Shown here piece after piece: positions 35,074-43,430 of a stretch of DNA of 64,000 nucleotides. The first letter of the stretch is position 1; each line of letters begins with the position of its first letter. Below the pieces are notes generated by a model, which had not been told where the DNA came from, searched no databases, and saw nothing but the letters and a program-made list of their open reading frames with translations. Both the position numbers and the translations under genes were made by a program. Origin of the DNA: a virus. The stretch lies in the IMG/VR virus record IMGVR_UViG_3300037419_001224. One strand, written 5' to 3'.

Positions 35074-35337
35074 TCAACTGATCACACCGTCAAACCAGCC
35101 CTGCGCAATGGCCACCGCATAGATCGCGTCCGCAATGTCATCCTTGCGCGACTTGGTCGCATCACCCTGCGCCAGCAATACCGGCAGCACGAGATCAGGC
35201 CCAGCGTCGATCACGGCCTCGCCGATCAACTCGGCCTCCACGTATCGCTGGAATGTCAGCTTGGCCGTGCCAGCAAGCGCATCGATATACATCTTGGTCA
35301 GAACAAAGCTGACCGAAGCCTGTTTACTGACTGGCAT
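35074..35337 (-). CDS. Hypothetical protein
   Basis: 87-aa ORF, tightly packed. Confidence 0.5.
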   Translation of the reverse strand: MPVSKQASVSFVLTKMYIDALAGTAKLTFQRYVEAELIGEAVIDAGPDLVLPVLLAQGDATKSRKDDIADAIYAVAIAQGWFDGVIS

Positions 35338-35339
35338 GG

Positions 35340-35945
35340 TTATTCAACTTTCACTCTTTTCAACAATGCGTTCAGCTTCTGGTCGATCTGGCTGTCGCTC
35401 ATCTTGACCTCGCCCGTGTGCTCGACGATCTGGTGATCGCCATACATCCTGGGCAGCAGCCTGGACATCGTCCACTGCTTGGTGTTGACCACCACCTTCA
35501 TCGCCTGCACCTGCTCACTCGTGAGCCCAGGCTGCATCAATGCGTTGCAATGATCGACCAGCTCTTCAGCCATACCGGCAGCGCGCATCTTGAGCGCCGT
35601 GTGATACAACTGCATCAGCTCGGGATCGTCGTGGCACCACTTCAGGAACACGCTCTTGTCAGGCATGCCCACTTCCCTGGTCAGCTTCTGCATGCTCTCG
35701 CCGCCTGCAATGCGCTGACACAGCTCGACTGAGACTTCCTTGCGCAGCGCAATATCCTGTTCTTCCGTGGGCAATGCGGGCAACAGCCCCTTGTTGCGCA
35801 TCCTGACAGCGGCCCAGCCTGGCCTGCCGGCTTCTTCCAGCGCCTGGTTGATCCTGGTGTTCCAGCCATCGTCAAGCAGGCCGGAATCCCGGATCTCCAT
35901 CAGCATGAGTTTGAGAACGTCGCTCACAACTGCGCTCTCACCCAC
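35340..35945 (-). CDS. terS: Terminase small subunit-like protein
   Basis: 201 aa. HTH-like middle region (SMQKLTREVGMPDKSVFLKWC) and ...KQWTMSRLLPRMYGD pattern seen in small terminases. Lies 4 kb upstream of terL. Confidence 0.45.
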   Translation of the reverse strand: MGESAVVSDVLKLMLMEIRDSGLLDDGWNTRINQALEEAGRPGWAAVRMRNKGLLPALPTEEQDIALRKEVSVELCQRIAGGESMQKLTREVGMPDKSVFLKWCHDDPELMQLYHTALKMRAAGMAEELVDHCNALMQPGLTSEQVQAMKVVVNTKQWTMSRLLPRMYGDHQIVEHTGEVKMSDSQIDQKLNALLKRVKVE

Positions 35946-36118
35946 TCGCAGAACTTGGCAATGCGGCCATCATCAGCTTCCAAGTCATCAAGACTGAATA
36001 TCGGCTTGCCATCAAACCAGATCTGAGGCTTCTCGCCATCATGTTTGACCGTGCCGACCTCAATCTCGTGAGCAGGTTTACGCTTCACCTTTGGTGTCGT
36101 AAAGAACAGCCCCATCAT
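35924..36118 (-). CDS. Hypothetical protein
   Basis: 64-aa ORF. Confidence 0.4.
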   Translation of the reverse strand: MMGLFFTTPKVKRKPAHEIEVGTVKHDGEKPQIWFDGKPIFSLDDLEADDGRIAKFCEWVRAQL

Positions 36119-36303
36119 CCCACCATCTTGCGAGTGATCGACATGATGTCCTGCTTCTCTTCCGCAGGCATCTTCGGTTTAAGCGTCAGTCTCGGCGCAG
36201 GGTCAGTGCTGAATACCCATTCACGCACTTCCGACTCGGTCGGATCGGCACCTGGATACGAGTCCAGGAAGTCGACCGCCGGCACAAAATTCTGCTCGTT
36301 CAT
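36115..36303 (-). CDS. Hypothetical protein
   Basis: 62-aa ORF overlapping the downstream start. Confidence 0.4.
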   Translation of the reverse strand: MNEQNFVPAVDFLDSYPGADPTESEVREWVFSTDPAPRLTLKPKMPAEEKQDIMSITRKMVG

Positions 36304-36312
36304 CGTTCTCTC

Positions 36313-36525
36313 TCACTTGAGTGAGGCGACCACCGCTTCGATGCGCTCGACGCGCTGTGCCACCTCTTCCAGCTTGTTCATTACGTCCTGTAATGTGACA
36401 CTCGGCGTCATCAGACGTTCCAGGTCAGGATCAAGCTTTACCTCATTTTTCTTGTCCTGTTCCATGCGTTCCTTTAACACCACGCTTGCCCGATTGCGAA
36501 ACAACACTTTCGGGATAATCCTCAT
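36313..36525 (-). CDS. Hypothetical coiled-coil protein
   Basis: Start MRIIPKV at 36525 forms an ATGA overlap with the upstream stop. Confidence 0.45.
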   Translation of the reverse strand: MRIIPKVLFRNRASVVLKERMEQDKKNEVKLDPDLERLMTPSVTLQDVMNKLEEVAQRVERIEAVVASLK

Positions 36526-36800
36526 TTGATGCACGCCCTGTATTGCCTGCACAGGCGTCGCTCGTCGACATCCTTGCGGTACGAATCGGCCTTGGCCTGC
36601 CAGAACATGTTGTATGGCTCGTCAGCGCCGCCCAGGCACAGCGGAATGCCGTGATCCACCACGTATTTCGGGCATGCGCCTGTCGTCTTGCCTGTGACTG
36701 GACACGGATGCGTTTTCCTGAACTCGCGCACCTTGGCCGGATCTCTCGCGTCCGCGCTGACCGCAATCAGCAATAACAAGGTGGCAATAAAGGCTCTCAT
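36522..36800 (-). CDS. Secreted HNH-motif protein
   Basis: 92 aa. Signal peptide MRAFIATLLLLIAVSADA. Then DHGIPLCLGGADEPYNMFWQ (H-N-type motif). Confidence 0.5.
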   Translation of the reverse strand: MRAFIATLLLLIAVSADARDPAKVREFRKTHPCPVTGKTTGACPKYVVDHGIPLCLGGADEPYNMFWQAKADSYRKDVDERRLCRQYRACIK

Positions 36801-36973
36801 GACGCATTCAGGAAACGGAATACATCGCCATCCACGTTGTACCGAACCGCGATGATCTCTTTCCTGCCCTGGAAGCTGCTGCTCTGCAGCCAGCTCACGG
36901 CTTCGTTGTGATTGAATGTCAGGCCGATCGAGAAACCCCCGACCAGCACGTTGTAGACGACCGTACGCTTCAT
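36797..36973 (-). CDS. Hypothetical protein
   Basis: Start MKRTVVYN at 36973 forms an ATGA overlap with the upstream stop. Confidence 0.4.
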   Translation of the reverse strand: MKRTVVYNVLVGGFSIGLTFNHNEAVSWLQSSSFQGRKEIIAVRYNVDGDVFRFLNAS

Positions 36974-37281
36974 CGTTTCGCTGCCAATTGATCCCAATAG
37001 CTCTGCGCCTGGCCGGCGCTCAGCGGCGCGTTTCCATCGCCTCCGCCCAGCATCTGTCCAGCCATGGCCAACGCTTCATCCACGGACGACGCGGACTGCG
37101 CGTCTCCCTGCTGCCCGTCACCCTGCTCGGTATAGACCGAGAACGTGCCATCGCCCAGCGGCGCAATGCACACCTTGAAGTCCGCCATCGCCGAGTCTTG
37201 TTGCGGCATGTCCTGGCTGGACATATCGGCATTCATCTGCGTGTCGCGGCTCGGGGCGCTGCTGTATCCCTGCATGGCCAT
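36970..37281 (-). CDS. First ORF of the late operon, acidic Q/D/G-rich protein
   Basis: 103-aa ORF starting about 13 nt after the terminator T-tract. Confidence 0.5.
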   Translation of the reverse strand: MAMQGYSSAPSRDTQMNADMSSQDMPQQDSAMADFKVCIAPLGDGTFSVYTEQGDGQQGDAQSASSVDEALAMAGQMLGGGDGNAPLSAGQAQSYWDQLAAKR

Positions 37282-37293
37282 TCAGTGCTCCAG

Positions 37294-37320
37294 AAAAGCA
37301 AAAAGCCGCTTGCGGCGGCT
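37294..37320 (-). terminator. Intrinsic terminator upstream of the first late ORF (tR'-like)
   Basis: Minus strand reads AGCCGC-CGCAA-GCGGCT followed by TTTTGCTTTTC. Confidence 0.65.
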
Positions 37321-37416
37321 TTGGGGATGGGACGGCTAATTTAGCAAAATCATATGCCATTTCCACGAAGAAAGTGACAATAATTTTTTCCTTTATTCAA
37401 GCCACAGCTAAAATAA

Positions 37417-37435
37417 ATTAAAGCAGTGCTTGACT
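37417..37435. promoter_or_regulatory. Back-to-back promoter/operator ATTAAAGCAGTGCTTGACT
   Basis: Minus strand reads TGCTTTAAT, an extended -10 identical to both early promoters, facing the late operon. Plus strand reads TTGACT-N16-TAACTT, facing the accessory cassette. Member of the 19-bp palindrome family. Confidence 0.5.
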
Positions 37436-37505
37436 TTCCAAAAAAGCGGTGTAACTTAGAGCTCAAGGGAGCAAACGATACACACAAAGTTACCCGGAGA
37501 CAATC

Positions 37506-37700
37506 ATGGATTCATTCACCGCAGTCGGAATCGCCGAAGGCTTCATCGAAGCCGACTCACAAGAGCAAGTCATCGAGGCGTGGCAAACCCTGATCGACAG
37601 TGGCCTGTGCTGGCAACTGCAAGGCTGGTTCGGACGCACCGCAGCGAGCCTGATCGATCAAGGAATCTGCCACAAAGCCGTATCCGCAGCAAACCAATAA
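37506..37700 (+). CDS. Small acidic protein
   Basis: 64 aa, with GGAGA upstream. First gene of the plus-strand cassette. Confidence 0.55.
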   Translation: MDSFTAVGIAEGFIEADSQEQVIEAWQTLIDSGLCWQLQGWFGRTAASLIDQGICHKAVSAANQ

Positions 37701-37736
37701 AGCAATACCTGTACAGGGAGGTTTTTCAACCTTCAC

Positions 37737-38594
37737 TTGGAGACCACTATGTTCCGCACTCACTTCAACCAACGCGCCGCCTCCCCGCTGTCCGACGACC
37801 AGATCCGGCGCTTCGCCCCTTCCGTCTTCGCCGAGCAGCCGCACGAGTCCCGTGGCGAGAAGTACGCGTTCATCCCGACCTCCGCCGTGCTCGAAGGCCT
37901 GCGCCGCGAGGGATTCCAGCCGTACCAGGTCATGCAGACCCGCTGCCGCGACCAGGGCAAGCGCGATTTCACCAAGCATCTGCTGCGCCTGCGCCACCCG
38001 GATGCCCGTGCGCTGACCAATGTCGGCGACGAGATCGCCGAGATCGTGCTGCTGAACTCGCACGACGGCACCAGCAGCTACCAGCTCATGGCCGGCGTGT
38101 TCCGCCTGGTCTGCTCGAACGGCATGATCGTTGGCGACAGCAAGTTCGACGTCAAGATCCGCCATACCGGCAAGGTCGTCGACGACGTGATCGAGGGCTC
38201 ATTCCGCGTGATCGAGGAGATGAAGGAGATCGACGGTCGACTCAGCGAGTACAAGGCGATCAACCTGGCCAAGCCCGAGCAGCTCCTGCTGGCCCATGCC
38301 GCGCACAAGGTCCGCTGGGACGAGGAAGAGCACTCTCCGGTGCAGCCCGAGCAGCTCCTTGAACCGCGCCGCTTCGAGGATCGCAAGGATGACCTGTGGA
38401 CCACGTTCAACCGGGTCCAGGAAAACCTGCTCAAGGGTGGCGTCCCTGGCCGCACCCAGACTGGCCGCTCGCAGCGCACCCGCGCCGTGCAGGGCGTGAA
38501 CGAGAACGTGCGGCTCAACCGCGCTCTGTGGACGCTCGCCGATGGCCTGGCAGCGCTGAAGGAAGGTCGTCCAGTTCCAGGTCTTACCACGTAA
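37737..38594 (+). CDS. DUF932 family protein
   Basis: 285 aa. N-terminal ...LSDDQIRRFAPSVFA...SRGEKYAFIPTS..LEGL..EGF.P pattern typical of DUF932. Confidence 0.7.
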   Translation: METTMFRTHFNQRAASPLSDDQIRRFAPSVFAEQPHESRGEKYAFIPTSAVLEGLRREGFQPYQVMQTRCRDQGKRDFTKHLLRLRHPDARALTNVGDEIAEIVLLNSHDGTSSYQLMAGVFRLVCSNGMIVGDSKFDVKIRHTGKVVDDVIEGSFRVIEEMKEIDGRLSEYKAINLAKPEQLLLAHAAHKVRWDEEEHSPVQPEQLLEPRRFEDRKDDLWTTFNRVQENLLKGGVPGRTQTGRSQRTRAVQGVNENVRLNRALWTLADGLAALKEGRPVPGLTT

Positions 38595-38601
38595 TCAACC
38601 C

Positions 38602-38623
38602 CGGCCCCTTCGGGGGCCGTTTT
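38602..38623 (+). terminator. Intrinsic terminator after the DUF932 gene
   Basis: CGGCCCC-TTCG-GGGGCCG followed by TTTT. Confidence 0.7.
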
Positions 38624-38635
38624 AGGAGAAGCATC

Positions 38636-38767
38636 ATGAGAACTTGCGCCCGCGCCGTCATCGCTGCCCTCGTCGTCGTCAGCCACTCCACGGCTTACCA
38701 CTTCGTGATCGATACATGGGTTCTCGTCGACCTCATCGAAAAGTACCTAAAGGGAATCAAATTTTGA
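38636..38767 (+). CDS. 43-aa membrane peptide
   Basis: AGGAGA 7 nt upstream. MRTCARAVIAALVVVSHSTAYHFVIDTWVLVDLIEKYLKGIKF. Confidence 0.4.
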   Translation: MRTCARAVIAALVVVSHSTAYHFVIDTWVLVDLIEKYLKGIKF

Positions 38768-38773
38768 AAGGAA

Positions 38774-39199
38774 ATGAAAATGGAATCCGTCCTCACACTC
38801 GCGCAATCCGGTCTTGGCTTAGGCGGAGACGCTCCCCTGACACTCCTGCGCATAGGCGTTGGCATCTTCTTCGCATCATCCGGTTCCAACAAGCTGTTCA
38901 ACCACAACCGGCACCAATCGCTGGTCCAGACGCTGGAACAGGATCACGTCCCACTGGTCCGCTTCAATCAATGGTGGGTTCCGATCAACGAGATGGTCGG
39001 CGGCATCATGGTCGCGGCCAACGTCCTGACCGCCTTCTTCGCTGCCGTCCTGCTCGTCATCAGCATAGTCGCATGCGCGGTGGACGGGACAAAGCGGGTG
39101 ACTGAGTGGAAGCCCATCAACACCAGGGATCGGATCGCCGACTGGCTCTATCTGCCGGAAGTGCTGTACGCGATGATCCTCTCCTGCTTCATCCTCTGA
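38774..39199 (+). CDS. DoxX-like membrane protein
   Basis: 141 aa with four hydrophobic segments. LLRIGVGIFFASSGSNKL resembles the DoxX N-terminal motif. Confidence 0.45.
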   Translation: MKMESVLTLAQSGLGLGGDAPLTLLRIGVGIFFASSGSNKLFNHNRHQSLVQTLEQDHVPLVRFNQWWVPINEMVGGIMVAANVLTAFFAAVLLVISIVACAVDGTKRVTEWKPINTRDRIADWLYLPEVLYAMILSCFIL

Positions 39200-39214
39200 C
39201 TGGAGGTATTTGAC

Positions 39215-39493
39215 ATGCTTACTAAATCTCAATTGAAGGCGAGAGAGAGTGGCGCAATTGTTCGCGGCGTCCCTGGCCAGAAATTCAAAGTCAATGACAC
39301 GAACTATGTGATTTTCCTGCCCTACTCTGTTACATCCGGCAAGTGGAGCCCCGAAATTGTCACTCTTGGCAAAGTTCGTCTCCGCATAACGAAGTGGCCA
39401 TACGGTAGCCACGCTGGGCAAGTAACTGGGGCAGTGCCAGATTCGTGGTTCGTTGACCTGAACGCGGATGAACAGAGTCAAGAGGCAGCATAG
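39215..39493 (+). CDS. Hypothetical protein
   Basis: 92-aa ORF in the lower-GC part of the cassette. Confidence 0.45.
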   Translation: MLTKSQLKARESGAIVRGVPGQKFKVNDTNYVIFLPYSVTSGKWSPEIVTLGKVRLRITKWPYGSHAGQVTGAVPDSWFVDLNADEQSQEAA

Positions 39494-39568
39494 ACCTTGA
39501 CCCAAAGCTCCAGCGTATGCCCCAGGCGGGCATACACGGGCGCTTTGCCCTGTTGTACGGAGATCGCC

Positions 39569-39928
39569 ATGGACAAATACATCGAGGCCGAGAAGCGGCT
39601 GGCCGAGTTGAAAGGGTTCTTCGACATCGAGGAATCGAAACTCTATGGGTATCAACAGATATTCATGGGGCGTTGGGGCACCGAAGAAAAGCACAAGCAA
39701 CATATCCCGCGCTGGACCCGCGACGATGCCGCCGCCTTCCGACTGTCGGTCGAACACGAGGTGAACATCACTTACTACAAGGATGAGGTGATGGTGGACC
39801 TCAGAGGTTCGTGTTCGTCCGACTTTGCGCATGAACTGTGGGCCGACCACCCCGACAAAGCCACTGCCGTGCGCTATGCTATCGTACAGGCGGTCATTGC
39901 CAAACTTGAAAAAAGAGTAACGACATGA
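39569..39928 (+). CDS. DUF2591-like phage protein
   Basis: ATG at 39569 with GGAGA upstream. An alternative upstream start lies at 39497. The C-terminus ...DKATAVRYAIVQAVIA resembles DUF2591. Confidence 0.45.
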   Translation: MDKYIEAEKRLAELKGFFDIEESKLYGYQQIFMGRWGTEEKHKQHIPRWTRDDAAAFRLSVEHEVNITYYKDEVMVDLRGSCSSDFAHELWADHPDKATAVRYAIVQAVIAKLEKRVTT

Positions 39929-40515
39929 ACGCACTTGAAAAAGCAATGGCAAGGGGGAAGCTGGTCGGCTATGTCCGGGTCAGCTCCCTCGACCAGAATA
40001 CCGAGCGCCAGCTCGACGGCATCAAGGTGGACAAGCTGTTCACCGAGAAGGCCAGCGGCAAGGATGCCAACCGTCCGCAGCTCCAGGCTTGCCTGTCCTA
40101 CCTGCGGGAAGACGACACGCTGATCGTCCACAGCATGGACCGGCTGGCCAGAAACGTCGACGACCTGCGCCACATCGTCCAGGAGCTGGTGGACAAGGGC
40201 GTGTCGGTCCTGTTCGTCAAGGAGAACCTGGCGTTCAAGCCTGGCGCGAACAATCCATTCGACAAGCTGATGCTGACGCTGCTGGGCGCGTTCGCCGAGT
40301 TTGAGCGTGCGCTGATCCGCGAGCGCCAGAGAGAGGGGATAGCGCTGGCCAAACAGCGCGGCGTCTACAAGGGCAGGCCGTTCAAGCTGGACGGCGAACA
40401 ACTGGATCTTCTGTATGTCCGTGTCGATGCCGGCGAAGAGAAAGCCAGCCTGGCCAAGGAGTTTGGCATCAGCCGGCAGGCGCTGTATCGGTATCTGGCG
40501 CAGCGGAAGGCTTGA
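39925..40515 (+). CDS. Small serine recombinase (resolvase/invertase family)
   Basis: 196 aa. Catalytic GYVRVSSLDQ, DRLAR motif and C-terminal HTH (ASLAKEFGISRQALYRYL). Confidence 0.85.
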   Translation: MNALEKAMARGKLVGYVRVSSLDQNTERQLDGIKVDKLFTEKASGKDANRPQLQACLSYLREDDTLIVHSMDRLARNVDDLRHIVQELVDKGVSVLFVKENLAFKPGANNPFDKLMLTLLGAFAEFERALIRERQREGIALAKQRGVYKGRPFKLDGEQLDLLYVRVDAGEEKASLAKEFGISRQALYRYLAQRKA

Positions 40516-40774
40516 TCCACTTCCACTTCCTGTAGTTCTCAAACCCGTTCTCGTCCCTGTGCCAGGTCGCGTCATCCACCCATGCGACCACAGGGAAATC
40601 AAACGCATTCATGATCCACTGCGCTTCTTCCTTCGATCTCGGGCTTGCCGGCGCAGGAGCCCACATCTTCGGCTTGCCCTTGTCACCGTAATAAATCTCA
40701 TGCACCGAGTACCAGATCTCGGCGTCCTTTTGCTTCGAGTTGCGATGCTCGATCAGTCGATGGTTCCAGTGCAT
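40469..40774 (-). CDS. Hypothetical protein, last gene of the early-left operon
   Basis: 101-aa ORF. Its 3' end overlaps the recombinase 3' end convergently by 47 nt. Confidence 0.45.
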   Translation of the reverse strand: MHWNHRLIEHRNSKQKDAEIWYSVHEIYYGDKGKPKMWAPAPASPRSKEEAQWIMNAFDFPVVAWVDDATWHRDENGFENYRKWKWIKPSAAPDTDTAPAG

Positions 40775-40785
40775 TTAAGCCACCA

Positions 40786-40857
40786 TCATGCGAACACGAT
40801 AAAGACAATAATAAACGCCACGATCAAGCAAATGATCAAAAAGTCGTCATCCATCAT
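40786..40857 (-). CDS. 23-aa hydrophobic peptide
   Basis: Hand-translated MMDDDFLIICLIVAFIIVFIVFA, starting directly after the methyltransferase stop. Confidence 0.25.
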   Translation of the reverse strand: MMDDDFLIICLIVAFIIVFIVFA

Positions 40858-41640
40858 TCATCCCTTTCTGCCCAGATCCATATATGCTTTAATCACTTCC
40901 GCCGCGACTTGCGGGACAATGGCGTTGCCGTAGGCGCGCAGTCGTCCCACTCTGGCGGGAGCCCCATGAGCCAGCGGGAATGTGCCGGATTCAATGGGCC
41001 GCAATTCTCCGTCGAGACACTGCACCCAGTCGGAACCGCCCCAAAAGCCACTCTCGGCACCGTATCGTTCCTGAACTTGCCGTCCTTGCGCTTCATCGAT
41101 CCGCTCAGGTCGCCAGTGTCCTTGTGATCCCGTGTGGTTGGTGTCGGCCACCCAGAATAGCCGGTGCCTGATATGCGGCGCACCGACGCCCGCAGCAGGG
41201 ATACCGACCGGCGCAAAGGCGTAGCCGATTCCTTCCAGATCAGACTGAACAAGGTCGAGCCAGCCATGCTTAATTGCTGCTTCAACCTGCTCACCAAAGA
41301 TGACATCAGGATTGCAGACACGGATGAGATGATGCCATGCTGGCCATAGGTGCCGCTCGTCAGCCAGCCCCCCCCTCTTGCCTGCCGCGCTGAAAGGCTG
41401 GCAAGGGCATGAGCCAGTCCAAACCGGATGATCATCGGGCCATCCGGCAAGGCGAAGCGCATACGACCAGACTCCGATGCCAGCAAAAAAATGGCACTGT
41501 CTATACCCTCTGAGATCGCTTGGAACGACATCCTCGATACTCCTCTCATCCACGTCGCCGGGGGCAATATGTCCGGCATTGATCAGGTTGCGCAGCCATT
41601 GCGCTGCATACGGGTCAATCTCGTTGTAATACGCGGCCAT
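40858..41640 (-). CDS. Orphan DNA (cytosine-5) methyltransferase
   Basis: FFAGIGVWS (motif I-like) and SCPCQPFSAAGK (motif IV PCQ). No adjacent endonuclease. Start MAAYYNEID; the ORF track offers an alternative at 41667. Confidence 0.8.
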   Translation of the reverse strand: MAAYYNEIDPYAAQWLRNLINAGHIAPGDVDERSIEDVVPSDLRGYRQCHFFAGIGVWSYALRLAGWPDDHPVWTGSCPCQPFSAAGKRGGLADERHLWPAWHHLIRVCNPDVIFGEQVEAAIKHGWLDLVQSDLEGIGYAFAPVGIPAAGVGAPHIRHRLFWVADTNHTGSQGHWRPERIDEAQGRQVQERYGAESGFWGGSDWVQCLDGELRPIESGTFPLAHGAPARVGRLRAYGNAIVPQVAAEVIKAYMDLGRKG

Positions 41641-42076
41641 TGGGCGTCCCCATCCGTTGTGCCGCACGCCAGCGGCTCAAGACCATTTCGTGCGATTCCT
41701 TCACCATCCGGTGATAGTGACGCGTCGAACATCCCAGAATCTGCGCCTTCTGCGCCCTGCCCTTCACGATCAGGATAAAGCCATGCACATGCGCCCGGTC
41801 AAGGTGATACATCACGAACGCCTGCCGGTGCCGCTTCGGCAACCCGCAGATCACGCGATCGAACGCCAATGCCTGTTCCTCGTTACACGGCATCATGATC
41901 GACGCGCCGGAATACACTTCGCCCAGCACAGGCTTGTACGCGAACCCGAGCGGGCATTTAAAGCCTGCCGGCAGCCAGTCTTTCTTCCTGCCGTACCGCA
42001 GCCAGTTGTCCAGCTCCGTCGACAGCAGTCCTTCCAGCTCGCGGATCGTGAACGCCTCTTCATCCACGCGATGCAT
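41615..42076 (-). CDS. Q-like late-gene antiterminator (tentative)
   Basis: About 153 aa. NEEQALAFDRVICGLPKRHRQAFVMYHL ... ILGCSTRHYHRMVKES resembles the Phage_antitermQ layout as I remember it. Confidence 0.45.
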   Translation of the reverse strand: MHRVDEEAFTIRELEGLLSTELDNWLRYGRKKDWLPAGFKCPLGFAYKPVLGEVYSGASIMMPCNEEQALAFDRVICGLPKRHRQAFVMYHLDRAHVHGFILIVKGRAQKAQILGCSTRHYHRMVKESHEMVLSRWRAAQRMGTPNGRVLQRD

Positions 42077-42374
42077 ATCGATCTCTCTTGAAATCGGCAA
42101 TGGCGGCAAGCGCTGTCTCGCAGCTATCAACCACATACGTACACCACGAGTTGTATTTCATCCATTCCTTCTCGGCGTTGGATAACTCCTGCTCACTCGG
42201 CGGACCATCAGGCTTGATTTCGAGGAACACCCCGACCCCCGGCAGAATCTGCACGCACGCGTCCGGCACGCCGTACCCGCATTTCGACAGGTCCAGAACC
42301 TTGTATCCTCGACGACGCAGCCCGTCGATTACTCCCCGGTGCGTCGAGTCAGTGCGGCGTGCGTACCTGCCCAT
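42060..42374 (-). CDS. VRR-NUC domain nuclease
   Basis: GYGVPDACV...VFLEIK, a PD-(D/E)xK arrangement typical of VRR-NUC. Confidence 0.65.
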   Translation of the reverse strand: MGRYARRTDSTHRGVIDGLRRRGYKVLDLSKCGYGVPDACVQILPGVGVFLEIKPDGPPSEQELSNAEKEWMKYNSWCTYVVDSCETALAAIADFKRDRYASRG

Positions 42375-42649
42375 CAGTCTTTCACCATCGCCTCAGACAC
42401 GCCCAGCATCTCGCGCAGCGCAGAGACCGGGATGCCGGTCACCTCGTGCGCCCTGAGCACCAGGCGCTCGGAGACCGGCGCTCCCTTGCGACGCACCTTG
42501 CTCAACAGGAAATCGGTCACGCCAAGCACCTCGGCCAGCTCCGCGTCACAGGCGATCTTCAAGTGGGTCTGCAGCCCGTTCAGAAACCTGTTCGGCCTGT
42601 AATCCGGGTTCGAGAGCAGTTGCTTGCCCCCCAGCGGTACATACTTCAT
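42374..42649 (-). CDS. HTH DNA-binding protein
   Basis: 91 aa with a strong SD (GGAGAGGA). HTH-like AELAEVLGVTDFLLSKVRR. Confidence 0.55.
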   Translation of the reverse strand: MKYVPLGGKQLLSNPDYRPNRFLNGLQTHLKIACDAELAEVLGVTDFLLSKVRRKGAPVSERLVLRAHEVTGIPVSALREMLGVSEAMVKD

Positions 42650-42845
42650 TTTTCCTCTCCCTCAACACTTCCATGTACTTCTCGCGAACACGATCGACAT
42701 GCTCCTCGCCGCCGATCCTTGCCATCATCGATGCATACGCCTTCTGTAAATGCCTGGGCGCTTCCAGCATCAGGCGAACGCAGCAGTCGACGCAGCCGAA
42801 ATGGAACCGGCAGCGGCTACCGCTCGCGCATGCCTCGCACTTCAC
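42546..42845 (-). CDS. Cys-rich hypothetical protein
   Basis: 99-aa ORF. The last 104 nt overlap the next gene. Confidence 0.4.
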   Translation of the reverse strand: MKCEACASGSRCRFHFGCVDCCVRLMLEAPRHLQKAYASMMARIGGEEHVDRVREKYMEVLRERKNEVCTAGGQATALEPGLQAEQVSERAADPLEDRL

Positions 42846-43123
42846 TGCCTGGTCTGGCCAGGGAAGCTTTCTTCCTGCGCCGATTCATGAGCCTTGAACT
42901 CCTGGATTGCGCGCCGCGCCGCCAGTACCGTTTCCGACACGCCTTCGCCGTCCCTGACCGGGCTCGCCATCGCCGCGATCACCAGCTCGCCGTCCTCATC
43001 CTCGTACTTGACGTCGAACACCATCGCGAAGTGAATCCCCCGCGCCAGACACTTGTCGCGCACCTCGGTCAGCAAACCAAGCACCTCGGCTTCGAAAAAA
43101 TCCTTATGATCAAAATTAGCCAT
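42842..43123 (-). CDS. Hypothetical protein
   Basis: 93-aa ORF. Confidence 0.5.
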   Translation of the reverse strand: MANFDHKDFFEAEVLGLLTEVRDKCLARGIHFAMVFDVKYEDEDGELVIAAMASPVRDGEGVSETVLAARRAIQEFKAHESAQEESFPGQTRQ

Positions 43124-43130
43124 GGTCGCC

Positions 43131-43430
43131 TCAATGATCCAGATAGACAGGCTCTTGCCCGGAGCCGTTCTCGCACTTCTCGATTGCGCTTGCCGCTTCA
43201 GCCAGTGCGATCGATGCGCCGCACGGACTCCAGCCGTAATGCGTCGCCACCAGCGTTCCCTGCGAATCGCCCTCGTTCATCACATCGAACGCCCACACGA
43301 AATTGATGTTGTTCTTTTCGCAGAGCTCCGAGATCCGCTTCAATTCCGGGTAAATCTGTTCCTGGAAGATCTCGCGATGGTCGTACCGACGGCATTCGTG
43401 TTCCTGTTCCTCGTGCTTTTCACCACTCAT
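43131..43430 (-). CDS. Hypothetical protein
   Basis: Start MSGEKHEE with SD AGAGGAAAG. Confidence 0.5.
   Translation of the reverse strand: MSGEKHEEQEHECRRYDHREIFQEQIYPELKRISELCEKNNINFVWAFDVMNEGDSQGTLVATHYGWSPCGASIALAEAASAIEKCENGSGQEPVYLDH

Noticed and set aside
38876-39952. 358-aa minus-strand ORF across the accessory cassette, and the 449-aa minus-strand ORF 50565..51914
   Set aside because: They overlap several well-supported plus-strand genes (DoxX-like, SSB and others) and lack SD sequences or motifs.
40516-40545. Possible gix/hix-like invertase site (TTCCTGTA...) just after the serine recombinase gene
   Set aside because: Only the first 8 nt resemble gix. The rest does not match, and I could find no inverted partner copy within the cassette or near the tail-fibre genes.
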